Shown piece by piece: positions 21,190-31,974 of a stretch of 64,000 nt of DNA. The position numbers and the translations under genes are program-made. Origin of the DNA: an uncultured beta proteobacterium (lineage in GTDB: Bacteria; Pseudomonadota; Gammaproteobacteria; Burkholderiales; Casimicrobiaceae). How positions within the stretch are numbered: position 1 is the first letter of the stretch; every line of letters begins with the position of its first letter. The notes below the pieces were generated by a model that was not told the origin of the DNA, made no database searches, and saw nothing but the letters and a program-made list of their open reading frames with translations. Location of the stretch: contig CAWHCM010000002.1 of assembly GCA_963828045.1 (NCBI GenBank), positions 653,709 through 717,708 on the forward strand, written 5' to 3'.

Positions 21190-22113
21190 ATGAAACGTCT
21201 GTTGCGCGAACCCCTCGTCCACTTCCTGCTGCTCGGCGCGTTGCTTTTCGCTGTCTACGCGTACGTCGACCGCGGGCGCGGCGGGATCGAGCCGTCGAAG
21301 CAGATCCAGTTGTCGCTCGACGACCTTGCACAACTCGCGGTGCTGTTCCAGTCGCAGTGGAAGCGTGACCCGACCCCGGAGGAGTTCGGCCGCATGGTCG
21401 AGACCAAGGTGCAGGAGGAAGTCCTGTATCGCGAGGGCCTCGCCATGGGCCTCGACAAGGACGACACCATCGTGAAGCGCCGCATGGCGCAGAAGATGCA
21501 GTTTCTCGCCGAGGATGTCGCCGCCGCACGCGAGCCGACGTCTGCCGAGCTCAAGGCCTGGTTCGGGAAGAATGCCGACAAGTTCCAGGAGCCGCCGCGC
21601 ATTTCCTTCCGCCACCTGTATTTCTCGCCCGACAAGCGCGGTGCGCGCGCGAAGGATGACGCCGTCAACGCCCTTGCCAAGATTGCGGGTCAGCCGGAGG
21701 ACACCAAGCTCGCGGCGACGCTGGCCGATCCTTTCATGTTCCAGGAGTATTACCGCGATCGCGCGCCGGATTACCTCGGCAAGGAGTTCGGCCCGGTGTT
21801 CGCGCTTGCCGTCGTGAAGCTGCCGCCAGGTTCGTGGCAGGGCCCCATCGAATCGGGATTCGGCTGGCATCTCGTCTACGTCGACACGCTCGTTCCCGGT
21901 CGCGTTCCGTCCTTCGAGGAGATCGAAGGCAACGTGAAGACGGCGTGGCTTTCCGAGCAGAAGGCAACGGCGTGGGAGAAGGCGTACAAGGACATGCGCG
22001 CGAAGTACACGGTGTTCCTCCCTGCGCCGCCCGACGCGCAGACGGCCGCGCGCATCGCCGCCGCGCCGCGCCGGAAGGAAATTCCGACCTCCTCCGGCGA
22101 AGGCCCGCAATGA
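21190..22113 (+). CDS. PpiC/parvulin-type peptidylprolyl isomerase family protein
   Basis: LREPLVHFLLLG anchor, EEVLYREGLAMGLD, WQGPIESGFGWHLV. Confidence 0.85.
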   Translation: MKRLLREPLVHFLLLGALLFAVYAYVDRGRGGIEPSKQIQLSLDDLAQLAVLFQSQWKRDPTPEEFGRMVETKVQEEVLYREGLAMGLDKDDTIVKRRMAQKMQFLAEDVAAAREPTSAELKAWFGKNADKFQEPPRISFRHLYFSPDKRGARAKDDAVNALAKIAGQPEDTKLAATLADPFMFQEYYRDRAPDYLGKEFGPVFALAVVKLPPGSWQGPIESGFGWHLVYVDTLVPGRVPSFEEIEGNVKTAWLSEQKATAWEKAYKDMRAKYTVFLPAPPDAQTAARIAAAPRRKEIPTSSGEGPQ

Positions 22114-23129
22114 CGATGCTGGCGGCGCGTTGCCTTCGCGCGCTCCTGCTCGCCGCCATGGCACTCATGCCGCTTGCGTCGTTAGCGCACGAGGCACGCC
22201 CGGCGTACCTCGAGATCAAGGAGACGGCGCCCGGCCAGTTCTCCGTGCTCTTTCGAACACCGGTGCTCGCAGGCATGCGGCTGCCGCTCGTGCTGCAGAT
22301 GCCGGAGAGCGTCAGAAACGTGAAGCCGCCCGTGGTCGATGAGCTCGCCGATTCTCTCGTCGAGCGGAGATGGATCGACGCCGGGCCGAGCGGGCTCGCC
22401 GGCAAGCGCATCGAGATCGCGGGACTGGAGCTGACGATCACCGATGCGCTGGTTCGAGTCGAGTTGCTGGACGGCAGGACGATTCAGGCCATCGCGCGCC
22501 CGTCGCAGCCGTGGGTCGAGATTGCCGCATCGCAATCGCGGTCGGAGGTGATGGGCACGTATGTCGTCGAGGGCATCCGGCACATCCTGTTCGGCGCCGA
22601 TCATCTGCTGTTCGTGCTCGGTCTGCTTTTGATCGTGCGCAGCGGATGGATGCTGGTGAAGACGGTCACCGCGTTCACCGTGGCCCACAGCATCACGTTA
22701 GCCGTCGCCACGCTCGGCTACGCGACGGCGCCGGCGCTGCCGCTCAACGCTGCCATTGCCTTGAGCATCCTCTTTCTCGGCCCCGAGATCGTCCGCGTGT
22801 GGCGCGGCGAGACGAGCTTCACGATCCGTCATCCGTGGGTGGTGGCCTTCGCGTTCGGGCTGCTGCACGGATTCGGCTTCGCCAGCGCGATGACCAGCGC
22901 CGGCTTGCCGCGGCAGGAGCTTCCGCTGGCGCTCCTCTCCTTCAACGTCGGCGTCGAAGTGGGGCAGCTCGGCTTCGTCGCGCTGATTCTGGCGATGGAG
23001 CGTTCGTTTCGCGTGCTCGAGGTCCGCTGGCCGCGCTGGCTGCAGGCGCTTCCGGGTTATACCGTGGGTACGCTGGGCGCGTTCTGGACGATCCAGCGCG
23101 TGGGATTGCTGATCGGGGCGTTGCGATGA
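22110..23129 (+). CDS. HupE/UreJ-type protein (long form with periplasmic N-domain)
   Basis: AHEARP, GIRHILFGADHLLF, AFTVAHSITL, FGLLHGFGFA and FNVGVEVGQL motifs; ATGA overlap with the upstream gene. Confidence 0.88.
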   Translation: MTMLAARCLRALLLAAMALMPLASLAHEARPAYLEIKETAPGQFSVLFRTPVLAGMRLPLVLQMPESVRNVKPPVVDELADSLVERRWIDAGPSGLAGKRIEIAGLELTITDALVRVELLDGRTIQAIARPSQPWVEIAASQSRSEVMGTYVVEGIRHILFGADHLLFVLGLLLIVRSGWMLVKTVTAFTVAHSITLAVATLGYATAPALPLNAAIALSILFLGPEIVRVWRGETSFTIRHPWVVAFAFGLLHGFGFASAMTSAGLPRQELPLALLSFNVGVEVGQLGFVALILAMERSFRVLEVRWPRWLQALPGYTVGTLGAFWTIQRVGLLIGALR

Positions 23130-23725
23130 CGCCGGCGCCGAAGCTTCGGTCGATCGCGGTCGCCATGTTCGCGGCACTATGGGCGCAGTCGGCCCTTGGC
23201 CATGTCCTGCAGGGCGAAGCCTACGGATTCGTCACGGGCTTCCTGCACCCGATCTCGGGCTTGGATCATGTCCTCGCGATGGTCGCCGTCGGGCTGTGGG
23301 GCGCGCAGCTCGGCGCCCCTGCGATCTGGGTGTTGCCGGTGGCGTTTCCGCTGGTCATGGCGATGGGCGGAATGCTCGGATTTCTGGGCGTCCCGATTCC
23401 CGGCGTGGAATACGGGATTGCCGCTTCGGCGATCGTGCTCGGAGCCGCGGTCGCCTTCGAACTGCGGCCGTCGCTGGTCATCGCGGCACTTGTCGTCGGT
23501 TGCTTCGCGATCTTCCACGGCCATGCGCACGGCACCGAACTCCCGCCCGGCCAGAGCGCGTTGCTCTACAGCATGGGCTTCGTCATCGCGACCGGATGCC
23601 TGCACGCGGTGGGCATCGGCATCGGCACATTCCACCGCTGGCCTTGGGGAGAGCGACTGTTGCGCGGCGCTGGCACGGTGGTCGCGGCGGGAGGCATCTT
23701 CTTCTTGTGGAAGGCGTTGGCATGA
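23126..23725 (+). CDS. HupE/UreJ family nickel/cobalt transporter
   Basis: GFLHPISGLDHVLAMVAVGLW and FHGHAHGTE motifs; ATGA overlap. Confidence 0.9.
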   Translation: MTPAPKLRSIAVAMFAALWAQSALGHVLQGEAYGFVTGFLHPISGLDHVLAMVAVGLWGAQLGAPAIWVLPVAFPLVMAMGGMLGFLGVPIPGVEYGIAASAIVLGAAVAFELRPSLVIAALVVGCFAIFHGHAHGTELPPGQSALLYSMGFVIATGCLHAVGIGIGTFHRWPWGERLLRGAGTVVAAGGIFFLWKALA

Positions 23726-24336
23726 AGGCGGCTAACGTGTTGCGGTGGCGTACGCGCGTTGTCGCCGTGCTCGTCGTAGCACTCGGGTGCGGGCCCGCCG
23801 AAGCCCACCTCAATGCAACCGGCATGGGCCCGATTTACGACGGCCTGATGCACTTTCTGACCAGCCCAGAGGATCTGGTGCCCGCGCTGGCATTGGCACT
23901 CCTGGCGGGGCTGCGGGGCGCGCCCTATGGACGAAGGGCGATGTTTGTGCTGCCCGCGGCGTGGTTGCTGGGTAGCCTTTTCGGAATGTCCGCTGCAGTG
24001 ACCAACGTCGGCACGCTGGGCGCCTCGCTGTGGTTTCTGCTGCTGGGCGGCTTGGTCGTGGCCGATGCGAAGCTCTCTCTGCGGTCGATGACGGCACTCG
24101 CCGCGCTGCTCGGTATCGTCCACGGATACCTCAACGGAACGGGAATGGGCGTTTCGGTTCAGGCGGCCGTCGCCGCGCTCGGATTGGCGGCTGCGGTGTT
24201 CGTGCTCGTCGTCTTAGCCGCCGCGCTCGTCGTTCGGCTGCGGGCGCCGTGGACGCGAATCGCCGTGCGCGTCGGAGGAAGCTGGATCGCCGCGAGCGGC
24301 CTGCTGATGCTCGGCTGGTCCCTCCACGGGACTTAA
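23722..24336 (+). CDS. divergent HupE/UreJ family protein
   Basis: AEAHL, DGLMHFLTSPEDL, HGYLNG and RVGGSWIAASG motifs; ATGA overlap. Confidence 0.8.
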   Translation: MKAANVLRWRTRVVAVLVVALGCGPAEAHLNATGMGPIYDGLMHFLTSPEDLVPALALALLAGLRGAPYGRRAMFVLPAAWLLGSLFGMSAAVTNVGTLGASLWFLLLGGLVVADAKLSLRSMTALAALLGIVHGYLNGTGMGVSVQAAVAALGLAAAVFVLVVLAAALVVRLRAPWTRIAVRVGGSWIAASGLLMLGWSLHGT

Positions 24337-24348
24337 GTCGCCTTAGCC

Positions 24349-25815
24349 TCAGCGCGGATGGCCCGCGACAAGATCGCGATACATCTTCGCGTAATGCTTG
24401 GCGGGACGGGCCCAGCCGACGTCGACGGCCATCGCGTGCTGTTGCATCCGGTGCCACGTGGCCCGCTGGTGCCAAAGCCGCACCGTGCGGTCGAGCGCCA
24501 GCGCCAGCGCCTCGTGCGTCACCGGTGCGAACACGACGCCGGTGCCCGAACCCGCCGCGAGGGCCATTTCGTTGGCGTCGACCACCGTATCGCTCAAGCC
24601 GCCGACCCGCGCCACGACCGGAATGGCGCCGTAGCGCAGTGCGCACTGCTGCGTGAGTCCGCAGGGCTCGAAGCGCGACGGCACGACGAGCGCGTCGGCA
24701 CCCCCTTGCACGACGTGTGCGAGCGCCTCGTCGTAGCCGATGTGGACGGCCACGCGGCGCGGATCGCCTCTGGCGGCGGCGGCAAAGCCGGCCTCGATCG
24801 GGCCGTCGCCGGAACCCACGAGCACGAATTGCGCGCCGAGGCCGAGCAGGCCCGGCAGCGCATCCAGCAGCAGGTCCATCCCCTTCTGCCATGTCAGGCG
24901 GCCGACGACGCCGAAGAGCGGCACGGCCGCGTCGACCGACAGTCCCATTCGCGCCTGCAGCGCCGCCTTGTTGTCGGCGCGCCGCGCGAGTCGCTTCGCG
25001 TCGAAGTTCGTCGGCAGGTGCACGTCGGTCGCGGGATTCCACCGGTCGGTGTCGATGCCATTGAGGATGCCGATCAACGCCGCGGACCGGTGCCGCAGCA
25101 GGCCGTCCAAACCCATCCCGAATTCCGGCGTGCGAATTTCCGCCGCGTAGTTGGGCGACACGGTCGTGATGCGATCGGCGAGCGCCAGCCCCGCCTTGAG
25201 ATAGCCTATGGTGCCGTAATATTCGACGCCGTCGATCGCAAAGGCGTGCGGCGGCAGGCCGAGCGCCGCGAGCAGCGACGCCGGGTACTGGCCCTGGAAG
25301 GCAAGGTTGTGCACGGTCATGACGGTGCGCGGCCGCGGCGCGCCGCCGTAATGCAGATACGCGGGAGCCAATCCGGCCTGCCAATCGTGCGCGTGCACGA
25401 TATCAGGCACGAAGGTCGCGACGGAACCGCGCCCGATGTCGGCTGCGGCGGCACTCAGCGCGGCGAAGCGCAGTGCGTTGTCGGGCCATTCGTGGCCGTC
25501 CGCGCCGACGTACGGGCTGCCCGGCCGCGCGTAGAGATGCGGCGCATCGAGGACGAAGAGATCGAGGCCCGCGACGTTCGCGGCGAGGATCCGCGCCGGG
25601 GCGCCGTGCATGGCCGCGAACGTACGCACGGTCTGTGCGTCGCGCAGCGCGTCGACGACGGCGGGATAGCCCGGCACCAGCGTGCGCATCGCAACGCCTT
25701 CGCGCGAAAGCGAAGGTGGCAGCGCACCGGCGACGTCGGCCAGCCCGCCCGTCTTGACCAGCGGAAAGACTTCGGACGCGACCGAAAGTACGCGAAGGTT
25801 AGTGCCGCCCCTCAT
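24349..25815 (-). CDS. glgA: glycogen synthase
   Basis: [22 protein letters not shown] and [11 protein letters not shown] motifs. Confidence 0.95.
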   Translation of the reverse strand: MRGGTNLRVLSVASEVFPLVKTGGLADVAGALPPSLSREGVAMRTLVPGYPAVVDALRDAQTVRTFAAMHGAPARILAANVAGLDLFVLDAPHLYARPGSPYVGADGHEWPDNALRFAALSAAAADIGRGSVATFVPDIVHAHDWQAGLAPAYLHYGGAPRPRTVMTVHNLAFQGQYPASLLAALGLPPHAFAIDGVEYYGTIGYLKAGLALADRITTVSPNYAAEIRTPEFGMGLDGLLRHRSAALIGILNGIDTDRWNPATDVHLPTNFDAKRLARRADNKAALQARMGLSVDAAVPLFGVVGRLTWQKGMDLLLDALPGLLGLGAQFVLVGSGDGPIEAGFAAAARGDPRRVAVHIGYDEALAHVVQGGADALVVPSRFEPCGLTQQCALRYGAIPVVARVGGLSDTVVDANEMALAAGSGTGVVFAPVTHEALALALDRTVRLWHQRATWHRMQQHAMAVDVGWARPAKHYAKMYRDLVAGHPR

Positions 25816-27091
25816 TGCGGCATGCGGTCGAGCATCGGCTGCGTGACCAGGCAAACGCCTCGCTCGGTGCGGCGAAAGTGCGCCGCGTCGCGCTCGGGAT
25901 CCTCGCCGACGACCAGGCCCGCCGGTATGCGGACGTTGCTGTCGATGATGACGTTGCGCAGCCGGACACCGCGGCCGATGTCGACGCCGGGCAGCACGAT
26001 CGCGTGGTCAATGTCGCCATAGGAATGCACGTGGACGTTGTCGCACAGCAGCGAGTTGCTCAGCGTCGATCCGGACACGATGCAGCCGCCGGAGACCAGC
26101 GACGAAATGGCCATGCCGCGCCGACCGTCCAAGTCGTGCACGAATTTCGCCGGCGGCGTGATCTTGGCGTAGGTCCAGATCGGCCAGTCGCGATCGTACA
26201 CGTCCAGGTCCGGCACGATGTCGGTGAGGTCGATGTTGGCATCGAAATAAGCGTCGAGCGTGCCGACGTCGCGCCAGTAGGATTCCGCTCTCCGAATGCG
26301 ACCGGATGCACGATTGCGCGAAATGGTGAGCCACGGCGACGCCGTGCTCGACGATGTACGGGATCAGATCCTTGCCGAAATCGTGGCTCGAGTGCGGGTC
26401 CGCCGCGTCGCGCCGCAGCTGATCGTTCAGGAAATCGCGCCGGAACACGTAGATGCCCATGCTCGCCAGCGCATGGCCCGGACGGTTGGGCATTTCCGGC
26501 GGGTGCGCCGGCTTTTCGAGGAAGGCACGGATGCGATCGGCCTCGTCGATATGCACGATGCCCAAGCCCGACGCCGCGGCAATCGGCACCTCGAGGCACG
26601 CGACCGTCGCATCCGCGCCCTCGTTGACGTGCTGGATCAGCATCCGCTCGTAGTCCATCTTGTAGACATGGTCGCCCGCGAGCACGACGATGTATTCCGG
26701 CGCGTAACTGTCGATGATGTCGATGTTCTGGATACACGGCGTCCGCCGTGCCCGCGTACCACTGGTTCTCGACGACCCGCTGGCTGGCCGGCAGGATGTC
26801 GAAACTCTCGTTGCGCATCGGCTGCAGGAAGTTCCAGCCGCGCTGCAGGTGCCGGATCAGGCTGTGCGCCTTGTACTGCGTGGCCACGGCGATGCGCCGG
26901 ATGCCCGAATTGATCGCATTCGACAGCGCGAAGTCGATGATGCGGGCCTTGCCCCCGAAATACACGGCCGGCTTGGCGCGCGTGCTGGTGAGTTCGTGCA
27001 GCCGGCTGCCGCGGCCGCCGGCCAGGACATAGGCCATCGACGAACGCGCGAGCGGCGTCGAGTACGTCACCTTATCGTTGTGCGTGTCCAT
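25812..27091 (-). CDS. glgC: glucose-1-phosphate adenylyltransferase (two +1 frameshifts, ~26730 and ~26285)
   Basis: [37 protein letters not shown] and YWRDVGT spread over three frames; 1280 bp = 426 codons + 2 nt. Confidence 0.9.
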
Positions 27092-27173
27092 GGTGCCTCC
27101 TGTCGAAGATCGCCGTACCGCCTGCTGACGATGGCCGCCACGGTGCTCGCAGGCGTCGTTGCAAGGTTCGGCA

Positions 27174-29664
27174 TCATCCGGTGCCCGGTACGACGTTCCA
27201 GATTTCGCCGGCGTATTCGCGGATCGCGCGATCCGCGGAGAACCAGCCGACGCGGGACGTATTGAGGACGGCGGAACTCCACCACGATTCGGCATCGCGC
27301 CATCGTTCATCGACGCGCGACTGCGCCGAACGGTAGGCATCGAAGTCGGCGGTCACCATGAAATAGTCGTGACGGATGATGCCGTCCACCATGTCGCGGA
27401 AACGGTGTGGATCATCCGGCGAGTAGACGCCCGAACGGATGGCCTCCAACGCACGGGAGAGCGCCGGCGACGCCGCGATCGCGGCAGCGGTTCCCGCGCC
27501 TTCGCGGCGCCGCTCGTCCACCTCGGCGGCGGTGAGGCCGAACAGGAAGAAATTCGCGGTATCCACGCGCTCGAGTATCTCGATGTTGGCGCCATCGAGC
27601 GTGCCGATCGTCAACGCGCCATTGAGCGCCAGCTTCATGTTGCCGGTGCCGGACGCTTCCATGCCCGCCGTCGAGATCTGCTGCGACAGGTCCGCGGCCG
27701 GGATGATCGCCTCGGCGAGGCTCACGTTGTAATTTGGCAGGAAGATCACCTTGAGCAGCCCGCGCACGTCGGGATCGCCGTTGATCGCCTTCGCGACGTC
27801 GTTGATGAGCTTGATGATGAGCTTCGCCTGGTGGTAGCCCGCCGCCGCCTTGCCGGCGAAGATCTTGGTGCGCGGCACCCAGTCGCGCGCGGGATCCGCG
27901 CGAATCGCCTCGTGCAGCGCCACCGTCTCGATGACGTTGAGCAATTGCCGCTTGTATTCGTGGATGCGCTTGACGTGCACGTCGAACAGCGCGTCCGGAT
28001 CGAGGCGGACGTCGAGCCGCTCGGTCACCAGCCGCGAGAGCGCCACCTTGTTGGCGCGGCGTACGGCCGCGAAACGCTCGCGCAGCGCAGCGTCCTGCGC
28101 CAGCGGCGCGAGTTCCGCGAGGGCAGTCGCGTCGTCCAGCACGCGCGGCCCGATAGCGTCGACGATGAGCTGCGTGAGCCCGGGGTTGGCCTGCTGCAGC
28201 CAGCGCCGGAACGTGATGCCGTTGGTCTTGTTGACGATGCGGTCCGGATAGACTTTGTGCAGGTCGCGGAACACGGTGCGGCGCATGAGCTCGGTATGCA
28301 GCGCCGACACGCCGTTGACGCGGTGCGACCCCAGGAAGGCGAGATGCCCCATCCGCACGTGGCCGCCGTCGTCGCCGGCGATCGAGCGAGACCGCGTTCA
28401 GGAAATCCGCTCTCATCGCGCCTCCCGCGCGCTGCGCGGCCAAGTGACGCGCGTTGATCTCGCTGATGATCTGCATATGGCGCGGCAGCATTCGCTCGAG
28501 CAATGGCACCGGCCAGGTCTCGAGCGCCTCCGGCAGCAGCGTATGGTTGGTGTAATTGAACAGCGACGTCGTGATCGTCCACGCAACGTCCCACGGAACG
28601 CCGTGCAAGTCGACCAGCAGCCGCATGAGTTCGGGAACGGCGATGGCCGGATGCGTGTCGTTGAGCTGGATCGCGGCATGGTCGGCCAGCAACGTCAGCT
28701 CACCGTGCAACTCCTTGTGCCGGCGGATGAGATCCTGCAGCGACGCGGATGCGAAGAAGAATTCCTGACGCAGCCTCAGGATTTCGCCGGACGGTGTTTC
28801 GTCGCTGGGATACAGGACGCGCGAAATCGCCTCGAGCCGAACGCGATCGGCCAGCGCGCCGACGTGGTCGCCGCGATTGAAGTCCTCGAGCGAAATCGGA
28901 TCGGCGGCGCGCGCGGACCACAGCCGAAGCGCATTCACGCGCCGGCCGCGCCAACCGGTGATCGGCGTGTCGAATGCCACGGCCGACACCGATTCCTCCG
29001 GATGCCAGACATGGCCCGGCGTTCCGTCGCGGTGGACAAACTCCTCCACGGTGCCGCCGAAGTCCACGCGGTAGACGACGTCCGCCCGCTCGAACTCCCA
29101 CGGATTGCCGAACGACAGCCAGTCCTCCGGCAATTCGTGCTGCCAGCCGTCCTTCACGACCTGCCTGAAAATGCCGTGGTCGTACCGGATGCCGTAGCCG
29201 TAGGCCGGGATCTCCAGCGACGCCATGCTTTCCATGAAGCACGCGGCAAGGCGGCCCAAACCGCCGTTGCCCAGCGCCGCATCGGGCTCGAGCTTGCACA
29301 GCCGGTCGAGATCGACGCCCAGGAGGTCGAGCGCGCCGCGCACTGTCGCCGTGAGGCCCAAGTTCGACATCGCGTCGGTCAGCAGGCGTCCGATGAGGAA
29401 TTCGAGCGAGAAGTAGTAAACGCATTTGCCCCCGTTGCGGCCATTCACGTGCGCCGGTTCGAGCCAGCGATCGACGATGCGGTCGCGCACCGCGAGCGCC
29501 GTCGCCATGAACCAGTCGTGGTCGAGCGCGCGGCCGGGATCCTTGCCCACCATGTAGGTGAGCTTCGCGAGGATTGCGTCGCGCATGTCCTCGGCAGTGC
29601 CCGGCATCTGCGTGTGAGCCGGCGGCGCGGGGGTTGCGTCGTTGTCGTTGCGGTCGGGACTCAT
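27174..29664 (-). CDS. glgP: glycogen/alpha-glucan phosphorylase (+1 frameshift near 28383)
   Basis: [31 protein letters not shown] in one frame; [12 protein letters not shown] and EASGTGNMK in the next. Confidence 0.92.
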
Positions 29665-29840
29665 GCGGACCTGGTAGGGCAATCGAGGTTGAGCGATGGC
29701 TGCCTGGCCCGATAGCGTAACAGCGCGGCGCGAAGATGTCCGCGTCCCGCCGGGTGGCGAGCCTCACCCGCGCCGCCGCTGGCCGGCATCGGTTGTAAAC
29801 TTCCCCGACCGCACCAGCGGGTCAGGCAGGAGAAGCCCCC

Positions 29841-31070
29841 ATGTTCGACAAGACATTGCCATGCGCAGGGCGCGGGTTGGTGGCCTTGGCCGCCCTCGCG
29901 ATCGCCGCGCTGATCCCCGCGGCACCGGCGACAGCGCAACAGGCGCAGGTGCAGCGCGGCGAGTATCTGGCGCGCGCAGGCGATTGCATCTCGTGCCATA
30001 CGGCGAACGGCGGCGCGCCGTTCGCCGGGGGCTTGCGCCTCGACACGCCGTTCGGCTACATGCTGTCGCCGAACATCACGCCCGATCCCACGACCGGCAT
30101 CGGGCGCTGGTCCGGCGCCGATTTCTACCGCGCGCTGCGCGACGGCGTGAACAAGCGCGGCCAGGACATGTACCCGACGATGCCCTACGATTTCTATACG
30201 CGTGCGACGCGCGAGGACATCGACGCGATCTACGCATACCTGCGTACGGTCAAGCCCGTCCGCAACGCGGTGGACGTCAACCACCTGCGCTTCCCGTTCG
30301 ACCAGCGCTGGTCGATGGCCGCGTGGCGCGAACTGTATTTCAGCGCGGGCGTGGACAAGCCGGACCCGGCGAAGTCCGCGTCGTGGAACCGCGGCGGCTA
30401 CCTGGTCGAAGGCTTCGGCCACTGCAGCGACTGCCATTCGCCGCGCAACCTGCTGGGCGGCATCGAGAAGAGCCGCGATTTCGACGGCGCCGTCATCGAC
30501 GGCTGGTTCGCGCTCGATCTCACGTCCGACATCACGACCGGCCTGGGTGCGTGGTCGGCCGACGAGATCGCGACCTACCTCAAGTCGGGCGCCTACAAGG
30601 GAAAGACGACGACGCTGGGGCCCATGGCCGAGGTCGTGCGGAACAGCCTTGCCTACCTGACCGACGCGGACCTGGTGGCCATTGCCGAATACCTGAAGTC
30701 GATTCCGCCTGAATCGCGGTTGCGCACCGGCCGCAGACCCGTCGATCCGTCACGGGCGAAAGGCGCCGCGCTCTACATGGACAACTGCGGCGGCTGCCAC
30801 CAGGCGAGCGGACGCGGTCTGCCCGGCGTGTTTCCGCCGCTCGCCGGCAACGGCGTCGTCGTCGCGCCCGATCCCAACGACATCATCAAGGTCGTCGATG
30901 GCGGCATCAAGGCGCGCGGCGGCTACATTCGGATGCCGAGCTTCAAGGATCAGTTGACCGACGAACAAGTGGCGGACATCGCCAACTACATCCGGACGAA
31001 CTGGGGTAACAGCGCGGCGCCGAACGTCACCTCGGTGATGGTGGCGAAAATGCGCGCGGCCAGGGACTAG
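29841..31070 (+). CDS. trihaem cytochrome c (gluconate/aldehyde dehydrogenase cytochrome subunit type)
   Basis: Signal peptide; CISCH, CSDCH and CGGCH haem motifs; NITPDPTTGIG, YPTMPY. Confidence 0.9.
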   Translation: MFDKTLPCAGRGLVALAALAIAALIPAAPATAQQAQVQRGEYLARAGDCISCHTANGGAPFAGGLRLDTPFGYMLSPNITPDPTTGIGRWSGADFYRALRDGVNKRGQDMYPTMPYDFYTRATREDIDAIYAYLRTVKPVRNAVDVNHLRFPFDQRWSMAAWRELYFSAGVDKPDPAKSASWNRGGYLVEGFGHCSDCHSPRNLLGGIEKSRDFDGAVIDGWFALDLTSDITTGLGAWSADEIATYLKSGAYKGKTTTLGPMAEVVRNSLAYLTDADLVAIAEYLKSIPPESRLRTGRRPVDPSRAKGAALYMDNCGGCHQASGRGLPGVFPPLAGNGVVVAPDPNDIIKVVDGGIKARGGYIRMPSFKDQLTDEQVADIANYIRTNWGNSAAPNVTSVMVAKMRAARD

Positions 31071-31108
31071 CCGCGACGGCGCACGGTTGGACGGCCCATC
31101 GCCGCGCG

Positions 31109-31906
31109 CTAGTGGGCCCCTAACGCTGCCAAGATGTCCTTGTCGGTTATATAGCGGGCTGGAATGGGGATGGCGAATGAAGGCCCTTCGGCGCAGCCCA
31201 GGATGTAGTCATTGAGGTCGACGAACAACTGCCTGTCCCTGAGATAGAACCCCAGCGTCCACAACCTCTCCTGAAGGAGGCTTCGCACCTCATCTTTCAG
31301 CCGGCCGACCTCGTCCGCACTTGCCCGGCTTGCGAAATAGGTCGCCGCGTAATCGACGATGCCGTCCCTTATCGCGGTCTCTTCGCTCCTGTTCAGCACT
31401 TCGCTCAGCTTGTACACCTGCCCGGTCTTGCCGTTGGCCGTCATCGGCAATACCTGACTGTGACAGCTGCCCTGGCCGCCTGTAGCTCGCCCGTAGCCAT
31501 CGAAAACCACGCTGAAGATCTCCGGCGTATTGAACGTGACTTCATACCGCAATTGGGTAATGGCCATGCCTGCCGTGCAAGCATAACCGTCGGCAATTTT
31601 CTTCATGGCCTTATTGACCACTGATGCTTTGTCTCCGCCGATCAGCACCGGATAAACCACGTCGGCGCTGCATACGCACTTGCCTTTGTTTTTCTCGTTG
31701 CACACGGCCGCAAAATACTTGCCCCAGAACGGATCCGTTGCAAATCGCGTCGCCACGCCGGGACAGTCCTTGCGAACGTCCGCGCAAATACTTGGGTCTT
31801 CATATGAATCGAAGGCGTAGGTGCCCTTCTGCAGTACGGATTGGCGGAATTCGGCGGCGAGTATCGAAGGGGCAGACAAGCCGCCCGCCAGCGCCCAAAC
31901 CAGCAT
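31109..31906 (-). CDS. Cys-rich exported protein, RsiV/DUF3298-like
   Basis: C-terminal part of ORF 31109..32248 (start 31906 or 31960); YEVTFN..FSV..TGG..GKTGQVYKLSEVL and FYL..Y.LG..G...IP pattern; visibly more AT-rich than its neighbours. Confidence 0.55.
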   Translation of the reverse strand: MLVWALAGGLSAPSILAAEFRQSVLQKGTYAFDSYEDPSICADVRKDCPGVATRFATDPFWGKYFAAVCNEKNKGKCVCSADVVYPVLIGGDKASVVNKAMKKIADGYACTAGMAITQLRYEVTFNTPEIFSVVFDGYGRATGGQGSCHSQVLPMTANGKTGQVYKLSEVLNRSEETAIRDGIVDYAATYFASRASADEVGRLKDEVRSLLQERLWTLGFYLRDRQLFVDLNDYILGCAEGPSFAIPIPARYITDKDILAALGAH

Positions 31907-31974
31907 TGCTGCAAGATGCTTGGTGCACTGTCCTCCAAGGTGTCCAGCCTGCGCTCGCATGCCGCTCCCGCTAC

